Assembly (NCBI GenBank): GCA_009602735.1
Contig: WELA01003517.1
Span: 643,473 to 707,472 of the forward strand
Length of the DNA: 64,000 nucleotides
Source of the DNA: Mesotaenium endlicherianum
Lineage: Eukaryota
Direction: 5' to 3'
Shown here piece after piece: positions 1 through 11,878 of this stretch; position 1 is the first letter of the stretch; every line of letters starts with the position of its first letter. The translations under genes and the position numbers were made by a program. The notes beneath the pieces were generated by a model, which saw only the letters and a list, made by a program, of their open reading frames with translations, was not told the DNA's origin and searched no databases.

Positions 1-606
1 CCCCCCTCCCACTGAGAGACTCTCTCCCGGCCCCCCAAGGCCTCCCTCCTCTGGCTGGCCCCCACCCCGCAGGGTGCATTTGCTGCTCCCTCTACCCTCG
101 AGCCAGCTGCCCTGGTGCAAAGAGGGGCCGAGCCACTGCTACTCTTTATCCACTTCCTGCAAGTTGCAAGGTGTTGGCACTGGCAGTGCCACTGGCGCAC
201 TGGCTTGGCGCCGGCGCTGCTGCTCTTTCTGTTATTCACCAGATTTTAGAGTACTGCCGGACTGGCACTGCATGGCCCTGGCAGTGGCGATGGCAATGGT
301 GCTTCTTATCTTGCAGGTTTCTGGCGATCAAAGAGGCATGCACATAGTGTAATTCCTTTCCTTGCGCATGCACGCGCATGCAACCCCACGTACGCCCTCT
401 CGTGCTCCGCAAATCTCTCACGCCCGCCCCCGCCGCCGAGCTGTTGTTACTGCCAGGGCGAATTGGGCCCACCGCTTTCTCTGCAAAAAGAGACTCCTCC
501 TCGTTTGCTTCCGGATATGAACCGAGACTCTCAGGGGACAGGGAGGGAGCGAGCGAGTTAGTGAGTGGTCCTGAGCGAGCAAGTGCGGATGCACGCCGGG
601 CGGCAG

Positions 607-2686
607 GCTGCTGCCGCTCTACTTCCCTCGGGACAAGGGGGAGGAGGACGTGGCGCGCCAGGAGCTGCCGGCTGACACGGGCGGCGAGTACGGCGGCACC
701 GTGTGCGCCGAGCGCAACATCCGCATCTCCGCGCTGCCCAGCCCCTCCTGCAGCAGCGTGCACTCGCCCGCGGCCGGGGGCCACCGCAGCGGCGCCTTCC
801 TGGGTGACGGCTCTCCCGCCCGCGCCTACTTGGCTGGGCCCCAGTTCTCGCGCAGCACCAGCACCAGGTGCATTGCTGCGCCCGCTTTGCCCCTCCCTGT
901 CCTGCTACACCTTAAGCCCTCCTCTCCGGCCGCACCAGCACCAGTTGAGTTGGCTGGGCTCCCACACTCTGCCCTTCGCTACCCTCTTAGACCCAAAACC
1001 CCCTTGGGGCCTACAGGGGAACCCAGATGCTCAGCGTGCTCACTCTTGTTGGTACCGTGAAAGGCGACACAGGATAGCAGTGGGGGGGGCGAGGGAAAGA
1101 AGATGAGACGGTAGGGGGAGGTGTCAGTGTCCGTCTGCACGAACAAGGTCTCAAATCACGGGCATGTCAGGGCTGCACCGGCAAGAGGCTGCATGGGAGA
1201 AGGCACAGACACAAACCCTCACAGTTGGAGAGACAGAGAGAGAGGGAGGGAGGGAGAGAGGCGTAAGGGGGGGGGGGNNNNNNNNNNNNNNNNNNNNNNN
1301 NNNNNNNNNNNNNNNNNNNNNNNNNNNNNNNNNNNNNNNNNNNNNNNNNNNNNNNNNNNNNNNNNNNNNNNNNNNNNNNNNNNNCCCCCCTCCCCTTCCC
1401 TACCCTCCCCTCCCCTCTTCCCTTGCCTCCCATCCCGTCCCGCCCTCTCCTGCATTTGGCCGGGGAGCATGCACGTGGTGTACACGATGAAGCTGTTACA
1501 ACAGTGTTTGCTTGACAAACTGCTGCAAGGCTCCTCAATCTCCCTCCTGCCCCCTCCCTTGCCCTTCTCTTCCCTGGCCTCCCTCCTCCTCTCTACATCC
1601 CAAGGGCCGGAGGCATGCGCATGTGAACCGCCGCCGCCACCCTCCCTTTCTCACTCCACCTTCTCATCCTTCCCCTTCATTGTGCGGGCGGGCGGGCGGG
1701 CGGGCGGGTGGGCGGCAGGCAGGAGCCGCTGGAGGCGCTGCTGGACCCAAGCTTCATGATGATGACGCGCGACCCCGACGTGAGCCGCCGCGAGCAGTGG
1801 GAGCGGGCGGCGTACATGCACCAGGGGGGCGGCGCGTGGTCGTTGCCGGCGCTGCTGGGCCTTCAGGGGCTGGGGGGCCCGCCGCTGAGCGCCGCGGAGG
1901 AGGATAGCGTGCACGCGCGCTACCTGGCGCGCGCCAACCGCGCGACGCTCTCCGACATCGCCGACATGAAGATCCTGTGAGCTCCCCCCCTCCGCCCCCC
2001 CTTTCGCTCTCTCTCTCTCTCTCTCCCTCTTTCTCTTTGTACGTGTGAGTGCGTATGTCTGATTGACTCTGTCTTATTCATTCGCTACACCCTTGGCTCA
2101 CTGGCATGTGCATGCATCTGCTCCGTTGCTGTCCTGCAAGAGGGCGCCACGGGGTGAGGTTGGCCCTCTGTAATTCTCAGGCAGCACATGCCAGGAGAGG
2201 AGAGGGGAGCTGCACGGGGCACGGTGTGGGTGCGATCGGCGGTGGTTTAATTTTGTCTTGGCTAAGGCTGAGGTCGCATGAAGAGGTAGCAGTGCTCAAG
2301 CGGAGCAACCATCCATCTTATGAAAGCGCTTGATGTTTTTACTTTCTTCGCGATAGCTTTTAAGGCTCGCAACCATCCCTGGCCGAGTGGGCACGCACTT
2401 TAGCACGCTCCGGATGTTGACACAGTCACTATGATGCCTTCCTGCGCGTGCTTGCATGCGTGCTTGCGTACGTGCTTGCGCGCGTGTGTGGGCGGATCCA
2501 TGGATGGCTGGAGAGGGGGGGGCGCACAGATACCGGGGGGGCGTGGACGCGCAGGGGCGCGCGCTGATGCTGGTGCTGGGCGCGCACTTCCTGCGCCGCT
2601 CCATGGACCTTGACCTCTTTGTGCTCCATGCTGTCAAGGTCCCTCCTTTCCTCCCACCACTCCACCGCTCACCATTTGCATGTGTC

Positions 2687-2756
<70 letters not shown>

Positions 2757-5700
2757 TGCGTGTGTGTGTGGGTGTGAATCGACACATGACTGAGTGCGTA
2801 TGCGGGTATCTACGTCTCTGTGGTTGCAGACATAGGGACGAAGGCCTAGGTGTTTAGCATTTGGGGTGGTGTCTGCCGATGTCAGCGTGAGCGCGTGCGA
2901 ACGGAGGTGCATACGGCCTGCGGGTCTGCGGCTCCCTCTGCGCCTGCCAGTACTCATGGCCCTGCCAGGATAGAGCCCTTGCTGAGGCGGAGGAGGCTGC
3001 TAAACGCAGAGGCGTTTTGCTCTACAGTCTTACTGCTCTCCCCTCACAAAGGGGGCATGCTGCCCTCAAGAGCAACATCGATAACCTGCCTTCCCACAGG
3101 AGCAGGCTTGACTCCCCGACCCCGTGCTGACAGCTGGCTCGTTCGCTCCCTCTCCTTGCCTCCCTCTCTCTCCCCGCGCTGACTAGGTGCACTTGCGGTC
3201 GCATGTGGCGGTGGTGCTCCTTGTGAGGGGAGCAGGAGATGGAGCAGGTGGTGCAGCAGGGGCCCTACGTCCTCATCTACTTCCACTCGCTCGCGCACCT
3301 TCCCGTGTGGGTCGCCCTTTTCCTGGCACCCTCACCTTTTCTTGCCTTGCCTTGCCTGACCTTGCCTGGCCAGATGCTGTACACAGCTACATGCAGAGCA
3401 GCATAATCGAGTCTGATGCTTCTTCACCACTCCTCTTCCCCTCCTCCCCCCTCCCTTGCTTTCTCTGTCTTGTCCTCCCCCCCTCCTTTTCCTCCCTGCC
3501 TTGCCCCGCCTGCACGCGCAGAGGCAGTGCTCTTCTGTTGCCGAGACAGCTGTGAATCAGAAGCTATACACACGGGTACTGGTCCTTGCTGCCCCCCTGT
3601 GGGACACTGCTACTGCTGCTGCTGCTTCTGCTGGCCGCCTTTCTTGGGGTGTAGATGCAGCAGCACACCTGCTTGCCTGCCTGCGTGCCTGCCTCTCTCT
3701 CTGCTGCTCCCACCCCAGCACAGTCTGTCATGGCGTGGGCCACACCTGCGCACGTGCTCCCAGGGGGCGTGACTTCTCTCGATGTGCTGTCGACCGGGGT
3801 GCCACTCTCTGAAGCCCCCCCTGCTGGTGATCAAAGCTTCCTGCTTGCCCCAGACGTTATATTCGTAAGCTCTTCATGTATGATGGTGTACGTGCATGCA
3901 AGTAGGTGACGTTGACGCCCTCCAACTCCATTCATATCCTCTGCTGAGCTTCTAGTGCTTCCACCTGTCAAGCATGCCCGCTTTGCATGCCATCATCTCC
4001 GTCCATGTGGCATTTCTGTGGGACTGTCATACTTCCGGCTGAAGCCGAGCAACGAGTCATGTCGCAGAGTGATCGCATACGCAGGGTGTCCTTCTGAGCG
4101 CGGCTGCGTGCGCGGTGGCTCTTGGGGGGGGGGGCGGGGCAGGCGGCCAGACTTTGGGTGGATGAAGAGGCTGCACCACATTCTGGGCCGCAAGCACCGC
4201 TCCAACTTGCACGTGAGTGAGGGCACGCGCCGCGTGCTCCCCCCCCCCTGTTTCGTTCCCCTCTCCGGTCTGATGCATGTAGACGTGTGCACATGCGCTC
4301 CTGCGTGCATGAGTGCATGCGCGGGCGCTTGCACACACTTGCACGAACGTGCACATGCATGTGCCTCGCTTGGGGGGGCGTTTCTTCTACCTTTTGGGAG
4401 GGGGAGCGGTCATTACAGGGGCCGGAAGCTTCAGTCCAAGCAAGCCAGCCAGCCTGCTGGTGGTGCCTGCGCTTGGCTCCCAGAGAGGTCAACGACGTGG
4501 TGCGCGGCTAATTGCGACGCTCGTTCTGCCCGCTGCCTGGCTGTGCCTCAGCCCCTGCCCTGCCCATCTTGCCCTCTGCTGTGCACTAGCTCCTTCTGCT
4601 GCGCACGGCAGAGTAGGTCTTAACTCTCACCAGGATAGCGATGCCCCCTTTCCTGTCCTCTCTCGTGTGTGCGCAGGCCATCTACATGGTGCATCCCACC
4701 ATAGGGCTCCGGACAGCTGTCCTCACTCTGCAGCTGCTGGTGGAACCCGAGGTCAGTCAGTCCTCACACTCATATAGCCAGCCAGTCAGTATGTGGTTTG
4801 GCTCTCCTCTGCTGGCTGCTCTCTCGGCTCACGCCACCGCAGGCAGAGGAGGCATGCAGCCATCAGTACCTGCGTGTGTCCCCCCGGGTTTCGTGTTCCG
4901 GGTCTTCCGCGAGGGCCTTGAGTACCAGACTTCAGCTCTTGGGAGTTGTGAGCCGAGTCGTTGCTGGCTTTTGGGCTTGGCAATTGGAGTTGATTGACTC
5001 AGGGTTTGGGGCCGTTGCACTACGCTCAGGCAAGCAGTGCGGACAGAAGACTCAAACCGCATGCGCCTTGCACACGTCCTTTGTTGGCACCAACCAAGGA
5101 GTCATGTCATACGGTGTCGCAATGAAGCTCCGCAGCGCACAGGCTTTTCCACGCGTGCAACGTGTGGGGCGGATACGAAATGTTTTTTAATCCTCTGAGC
5201 TGTCGCGGCTCAGCTGGAGAAATGTCGGAATATCTTTGGCCCCCTACGCTGTCGTTTCACGTAGATCAGTGACATCGCGTGCTAGCAAATCTTGCTGGCG
5301 GCCCTCCGTATGGAGGAGCCTCAAACTCTGTGCTGTCACAAGAGGAAAGGCTGAGAGTATCTGCGCACATGTGCGCGTGCGCGCTCGCACGGGAGAGAGA
5401 CAGGGAGACCTGGAGAAGAGTGCGAGCACCGCAATTTGGCTACCTGGCAGAGGCTCTTGTGGGCAAGCTGGCTGTGATTGGTTGCCGTGTGCGGCACAGG
5501 TGTGGAAGAAGGTGAAGTACTTTGACCGCCTCAAGGACCTGTTCAAGCAAGTGCCGCGTGACCAGCTCACCATCCCCGACTTCGTGTTCCAGTGAGTTTC
5601 CCCTGCTATCAGCTCTCTGGTGTCCTCGTGCCAGAGCTAGGACACGCGCAGCGTTCCTCGTCTGGCACGCACAGCATGTGCTCTCATTGGGCGCGTGCGC

Positions 5701-6205
5701 TGGTCTTATGTCTCGTCTCGTTGTGGAGGAGGATCACCCTTCAGCTTGTTTGTTCAGGCTTGTATCTTCTGGGCGTGAGAGTGCCTTCTATGCGCAAAAG
5801 TGCTTCGCTTGGCAGAAGCAGTCAGCCGTTCTTTGCTCGCCTGCAGATTGATTGGCATGGGAGTTCCAGGGTGGACTCTGTGGCTGTATGCGTTGTCGCT
5901 TGCGACTTATTTGTCTTGGAAGGGAGGCACACTTCAGAAGCACTTTCAAAATTCCACCGAGGCCAGCGGTGCTTGTTGCAGCTCCTTCCAGTCAAGTGCA
6001 AGACTATTAAACCAAACTGCGATACTAGTATATCACTGCCACTTCCAACACATGGATAAGCCTCAAACAAAGGACTGCCTTGGCCCCTCCTATTTCTCTC
6101 TGTCTGTGTGCTTGCAGGCATGACCTGGAGCTGAGCCCCCCCAATTTAGTGAGCCACGCCGACCACCACGCTCGCCCCGACACTCGACGTCTTCTGAGCG
6201 CATAA
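607..6205 (+). CDS. GDAP2: GDAP2-like protein (Appr-1-p/macro + CRAL-TRIO family), 3' part; 5' exons lie upstream of the window
   Basis: Eight GT-AG exons with consistent phases: 607-867, 1719-1976, 2530-2638, 3236-3306, 4143-4212, 4677-4751, 5500-5591, 6118-6205 (TAA). The spliced product RLLPLYFPRD..ERNIRISALP..LDPSFM..GGPPLSAAEE..YRGGVDAQGR..YFHS..PDFGWMKRLHHILGRKH..AIYMVHPT..VWKKVKYFDRL..QLTIPDFVFQHDLE matches plant GDAP2 homologues as recalled. Confidence 0.92.
2690..2775. repeat. (GT)n microsatellite in a GDAP2 intron
   Basis: Directly visible run. Similar (CA/GT)n tracts occur at ~9817-9841, 11829-11875, 15368-15417 and 17302-17480. Confidence 0.95.
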
Positions 6206-8799
6206 CACACATCGATCTCTTTTGCTCTCGACCCCCCTCTGGACAAATAGTGAGCTCCTGTACAGTCCCTAATTATGCTGCTCATGAAGATGGTGGAGTT
6301 GCACGCTGATCCCTCACACTCAGGGTAGTTGTTGACGTGTCTCCCGTGCACAACTTGAGCTTATCCGTGATGTTGATGCATGGCGGCATAAGCACTTGCA
6401 CTGAAGCCAGATGTATGTTTGAGTAGGGCAACATAACTACAACTTGAAGCACCACTTCATACAAAGAAGAAGAGAAACAGAAAACAACACGAAGAAGAAA
6501 AGAGGTGGTCAACATTAATAATGAGGTCTAACAAAAGCCCAATGTCATCACTACTTTTCCGGAGCAGCAGTCATGCTCAAATGAATGTCACGGTACTGCA
6601 CATATAGAGGAGAAAGGGGGGGGCTCACTTGGACATGCAGGGCGTACAAGAGGGTGCTCGCAATTGGCAGCCAGCTCTCCTCGAGCAAAACCTGGAGGCC
6701 AATCCTGCACGTCCGCTCAGAGGTGAAGACACATCCGATAGATAGCGAGAGTCAACGCCCACCAACTTCTGGCTGCCACAGTGGAGAGCATGTCAAGAAG
6801 TACCAGTCTGTGTGCCCACTCTGTCTCCTGACACTGCCACACACTGCTCTCTTTCTCGTTGCCATTCTTCGTGAGAATATGACACCCCTAGTAAGAACCC
6901 ATGGTGAGAGCACAAGTGGATGCGTACGTGTGTTCGTGAAGCCAAGGAAGCACATATTGGCTGCGTGGCTACTCCAGGCCAGAAGTTTGGCAGCAAGGAG
7001 CTGATGCTCCACACACGCCCCACGCCTAGGGACTCCTTATGGCCCTGTGTGTGTGCGTGTGTGTGTGTGTGTGCTTGTCTTGGTTTGTGTCTCTCTTAGA
7101 GAGTGTTAATGAGTAATGCAATTGAGAAACATCAGAGGGAGAGTGTACAAGGGCGCGGGATCCACCAAAGCATAACACTCTTCATAAGCACCTCGCTGTG
7201 ATAGAAAGTTTTGGTCGAGAGCATTCAAATTGTAGTTAACGTTACCAGTGTGCCTGCTGTCGATTGAGCTGTTGTGGACCACCTCGTGCTAGGCAATGAT
7301 TTTATTCTTTTGGATCTACTACGTCCATTTCCATGTTTCTGAAAGGAACATAGAGGTTGGAGACTTGTACCAAGGCAACTAGAAATTGAAACGGCGGTAC
7401 ACATCTTCTCTTCCTCGCCCAATATGAGCAATGTTATGTGCTATTATCCCCACTCTGCAAAGGAACTCCAGTAATATATATGTAGCAAATTTTGACGATA
7501 TAATCAAGCAGCTAGGCAGGCAAATCGCAGGAAGGATCGAATGTAGGGTCTCCTTGATCAGTTCCCTACACCCTATATATAGACGGTCTTAACACGAGGT
7601 GAGGTGATGCTATGCTGGTTATATTGAGGAGGCATCGACAGCTGGCTGGAGAACACAGTTTCTTCCACTTGGCCAAATTTGACAAGGTGCTTTGATTCCA
7701 GCTTGATCACCTTGAGTCTCCGCTCCTCCCTACCTGTCCTAACCATCACCGTGCCTCCTGCTCCCTCCGCTCCTCCTGCTCCTTCCGCCCCCCGCCGGGC
7801 CCAGCCTGGCCCCTACCTCCATCACCTTATCCCAGCGTGCCTCACAAGTCTCGGCTGGGCTCGGTTCCACCCTCGGCCCTCTAGTTGCCTCTAGAAGTAA
7901 ACCATTTTTGTTGACAGTTGTATACGGAACTTTGTTGACTATTTATGACCACCTTCGCCAGAACGGGGAAGACTGTTTCCGTCGGTTTGTTTCCGTTGCA
8001 TGTCGAAACAAAAAAACGGATTGAAAATGACCGCAAAACTTTCGGTTACCGACATCTTGAACGTCAGGCTCTCTCCACCTTGATACCACCTCGTTCGTTC
8101 AAGCGATGTTATAGCCCTCGTTAAGAGTCACAAATGCCGAGCCAGGCCATTTTCTGTTAGGACGCACAGAACAGAGATAGCCCTTCACAGGCATTTGCAC
8201 TTCAGTCAGAGCACTCGCTGTTACCGTCGTAGTGCTGCATCAGGCTCGTGCATGCATAAGCTTCAGAAGTAACTTATATATCCCTGACCCTGCTACTTCC
8301 TAAGATTCAACTCACAGGGAACAACCCGTAGATACTCCCAAAGTCCGAGAGGGTAGCCTTATTCAAGAAGTGAAGCTTTTCTATTTGGAGACGCCTTTGA
8401 CAGGTCTGTGTTGCTCTAGTCAGGCTCCCTGTCAGTTTCAAGTATGTGTGCTTGCCCCTGCTGCCAGCTGTTTGAGAGGCGTCGTATGCGGGTGCTCATG
8501 TCTCAAAATAAGTCGGGGTTGCTGTGTCTGCATGCATGTTCGTAAGGTGTTTCCCGCTTATGACTCTGGCTCCACTTGCCAGCTGTCTTGCATGTCATGG
8601 CCGGCCAGCCTGCTTCTTTTGACATTGTTTGTCATCATATTTATGTATTTGAGTAGAGTGGTCGTAAGGGAAGGCATAGCAAAAGGTGTTGGAAGTTGAC
8701 ACGCCAAGGAGGGGCTGTATATCCGCCTGGAAACTCACCTTTTGTCGAAATTGATGGGCAGATATGAGATAATTGTTACTGGCTGAGTGGCTGTGACAA

Positions 8800-11700
8800 C
8801 AACGCTCAGGGCCCAAGAAGGCTGTGCTGCCCAACATGGCACAACATGCGTGGCTGCCTGCTGACGCCAGCCACCAGTCGTCGTGTCGTCATGTGCCACC
8901 TGGCAACGCTGCAAGGGGGCATCTACTTGCAAGTAGGCGCCAGCTGGAGGCGGCCATCTGTCTTCCCCATCAGCTTCGTCAGAATCCGTCATGGCCTCCA
9001 AGAGCAAGCAACTGTCACGTCCAAGAGAGAGCACGTGCGCATACGCATGCTCCTCCTGCCCCGGCATTGCGAGCTCGCCTCGCCATCCCCATCGTGGCAC
9101 AATAGTCAACCCCCATTGACAAGTAAATGCCAGCTGGTGCCAGGAGGTGGCCCCTGCCCTGACCCTAATGTATGTTACTTTGGCATTTTTTGCTAGTGTG
9201 GAAGTTGCTGCTGCACTCGCGTCATATTTGCTAATTTGACTCCGAGCAGCCCCCCAATGAGTGCCTGGAGCGCCCTGCGTCCGGGAGCGAGCAGCCAGCG
9301 TGTGTTTTGCGCTGCACTGCTCGTCTTACAACATCCTGGGGTCAATTGTTGCTCGAGTGAATTTGACACATGTTCCTCCTCGCTCTTCTGTGTCAGCCAG
9401 AATCAGTGTGCTTGAATGGTGTGGGTGTGAGTCATGCGACGGCCAGCCTAGTAGGGCCCAGCCACCCGCCCTCCGCTCCCACTCGCCGATGGCACCCTGC
9501 ACCCTCCTGACGTGGATTTGGGCTTCTTCTTAGTGGGGAGGAGGATTCACTGTCCAGTTCATGCATACTGAATTCACAGCAGCCAGACCATCACGTGCCG
9601 TCTGTCCGCCACCTGTCGTCCACCATTCTGCTTAGCCTGTCTGCCACCTGTCTGCCACATGCCTGCTGAACCATCTGCCACCTGTCTGCTGAGCCCATCT
9701 GGCACTTGTTTGCCACCTGTCCCTCAAACCCATCTGCCGCCTGTCTGCCACCTGTCAGTCCGTGGATAAGCGACCAGCTCATTGTGACCCACATTTGCGG
9801 GCGCAGCAACTGAGCATGTGTGTGTGTGTGTGTGTGTGTGTACGTGAGCAGAGAGGCAAGCCGAGCACGCACGGACCAGTTGGCCAAGGCTGCTGTCGTG
9901 CTCCTTGGACCAAATCTTGGGGAGCCCCCTCGCCATACTCGGGGGCATCCACGCTGCTCCCCCGCGTCACCGCCCCTCCTCCAAGGTGATGATGCGTTTC
10001 GTCAGACAGACACGCAAGCAGGAGCCGGTGTTGCATCTGGGTGGCGATGGGTGCACCGTTGCGATGTGTTTTGTCTTGTTCCGCCCACAGCCCGGTAGAA
10101 GGTCACCCTACGAGCTCCATGCGCCAGCTGTCCTGGCCCTACCATCCCTGCTGCTCTTTGAACTGTTGCAGCGAACTCGTGTTCGTAAGTTCAGTGGAAT
10201 TTGGGGGGGAGGGGGGANNNNNNNNNNNNNNNNNNNNNNNNNNNNNNNNNNNNNNNNNNNNNNNNNNNNNNNNNNNNNNNNNNNNNNNNNNNNNNNNNNN
10301 NNNNNNNNNNNNNNNNNNNNNNNNNNNNNNNNNNNNNNNNNNNNNNNNNNNNNNNNNNNNNNNNNNNNNNNNNNNNNNNNNNNNNNNNNNNNNNNNNNNN
10401 NNNNNNNNNNNNNNNNNNNNNNNNNNNNNNNNNNNNNNNNNNNNNNNNNNNNNNNNNNNNNNNNNNNNNNNNNNNNNNNNNNNNNNNNNNNNNNNNNNNN
10501 NNNNNNNNNNNNNNNNNNNNNNNNNNNNNNNNNNNNNNNNNNNNNNNNNNNNNNNNNNNNNNNNNNNNNNNNNNNNNNNNNNNNNNNNNNNNNNNNNNNN
10601 NNNNAGGGGGGGAGGGGGGAAAGGGGAGAGGGCGTTTGGGGCGTCCAGGATGGAGGGGTGCAGATGGGATGGCAGAGCTGGCTGGAGATCTGAATGTTAT
10701 GTGACTGGTGTTGGGAGGTCTGCAGATGAAATGGCTCAGGGGCTGCCTCAGCAACGGCGCCCTGGGCCCGCGGAGGCTCTGTTGCCCGGCATGGCACCCC
10801 ATGCATGCTGCCTGCTGACGTCAGCCGTCCGCAGCCACGTGCCACCTGGCGGCGCTGCAAGAGGGCTTCTATGTACGAGTTGGTGCCAGCTGGACGAGGC
10901 GGCCCACCTGGCTTCCACGCGAATCTCTTCAGGGTTCAGCACGGCCTACTAGAGAGCGAGCCACCTGTCACGTCTGAGAGGTGGCGCATGGACAGACGAG
11001 CTCATTCCCCCCGCCCGGCATCCGAGCTCGTTACGTCGTCCATGTCATCTGCTCACGGCTATTTGCCCCCCCCTGGCCAGGGAGCGCCAGGTGGTGCCAG
11101 CTGGCCCCAGGAGGTGTCCGTGGCCCTGACGCTTTTGTAAGTTACAAATTGCTGTGCCTGCAGTGTTGACTCTTCATGCTCCGAGGTCCTTCTGTCACTC
11201 AAGTTTCTTGCTGTGGGGAAATCGGCTGCCCAGCGGTGGGCTGTTGACTCGCACATTGGCACAGCGTGCAGCCAGGCAGCGGCCAGCCAGCCGTGGGCCC
11301 TCCTCCTCCTGGGAGCTCCTGCAGAGCTGGTTGCCGATGTCGTCTCTAGGGCAGACAAGGAGGGGGGATGCATGGCCCTGCACCGCCTGAGTCCGCGTGG
11401 AGTCCAGCTGGCAGCCAGCACGCGCCAGCTGGTTGTTCGTGCGCGCCTTGATACTTATTTTTGTGCTCCCGTTTTGGGTCTTGAAATTTGGTTGGGGTAC
11501 TTACTGCGTGTGTCGCTCTACGCAGTGCGTGTCTCAGGGGGGAGGAGAAGGAGCGAGAGGAGCAGCAGCAGCAGCAGCAGCAGCAGCTCACTCGTCCAAG
11601 CCCATCACTCAGAAGATAAGCAAATCGCCTCTTTACACGCGTTGCTGAGAAATTTTATCTGTATAATATTCTGATTGTGCTGTTTCAGAAGAGAAGGCTG

Positions 11701-11826
11701 GACGGGCATGGGGGCACGTGCCTGGCCAGCACGCGCCGGCACGCGCGCTTCACACATGCTTGCACGTCTCTCTCTCAATGCTCGTCGTGATGGAATCATT
11801 TCAGTTGATTTGTTTACTGGGCGTGT

Positions 11827-11878
<52 letters not shown>

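Noticed and set aside
9905..10952. Long ORFs spanning N runs (also 1121-1759, 18896-19846)
   Set aside because: Their length is an artefact of assembly gaps.
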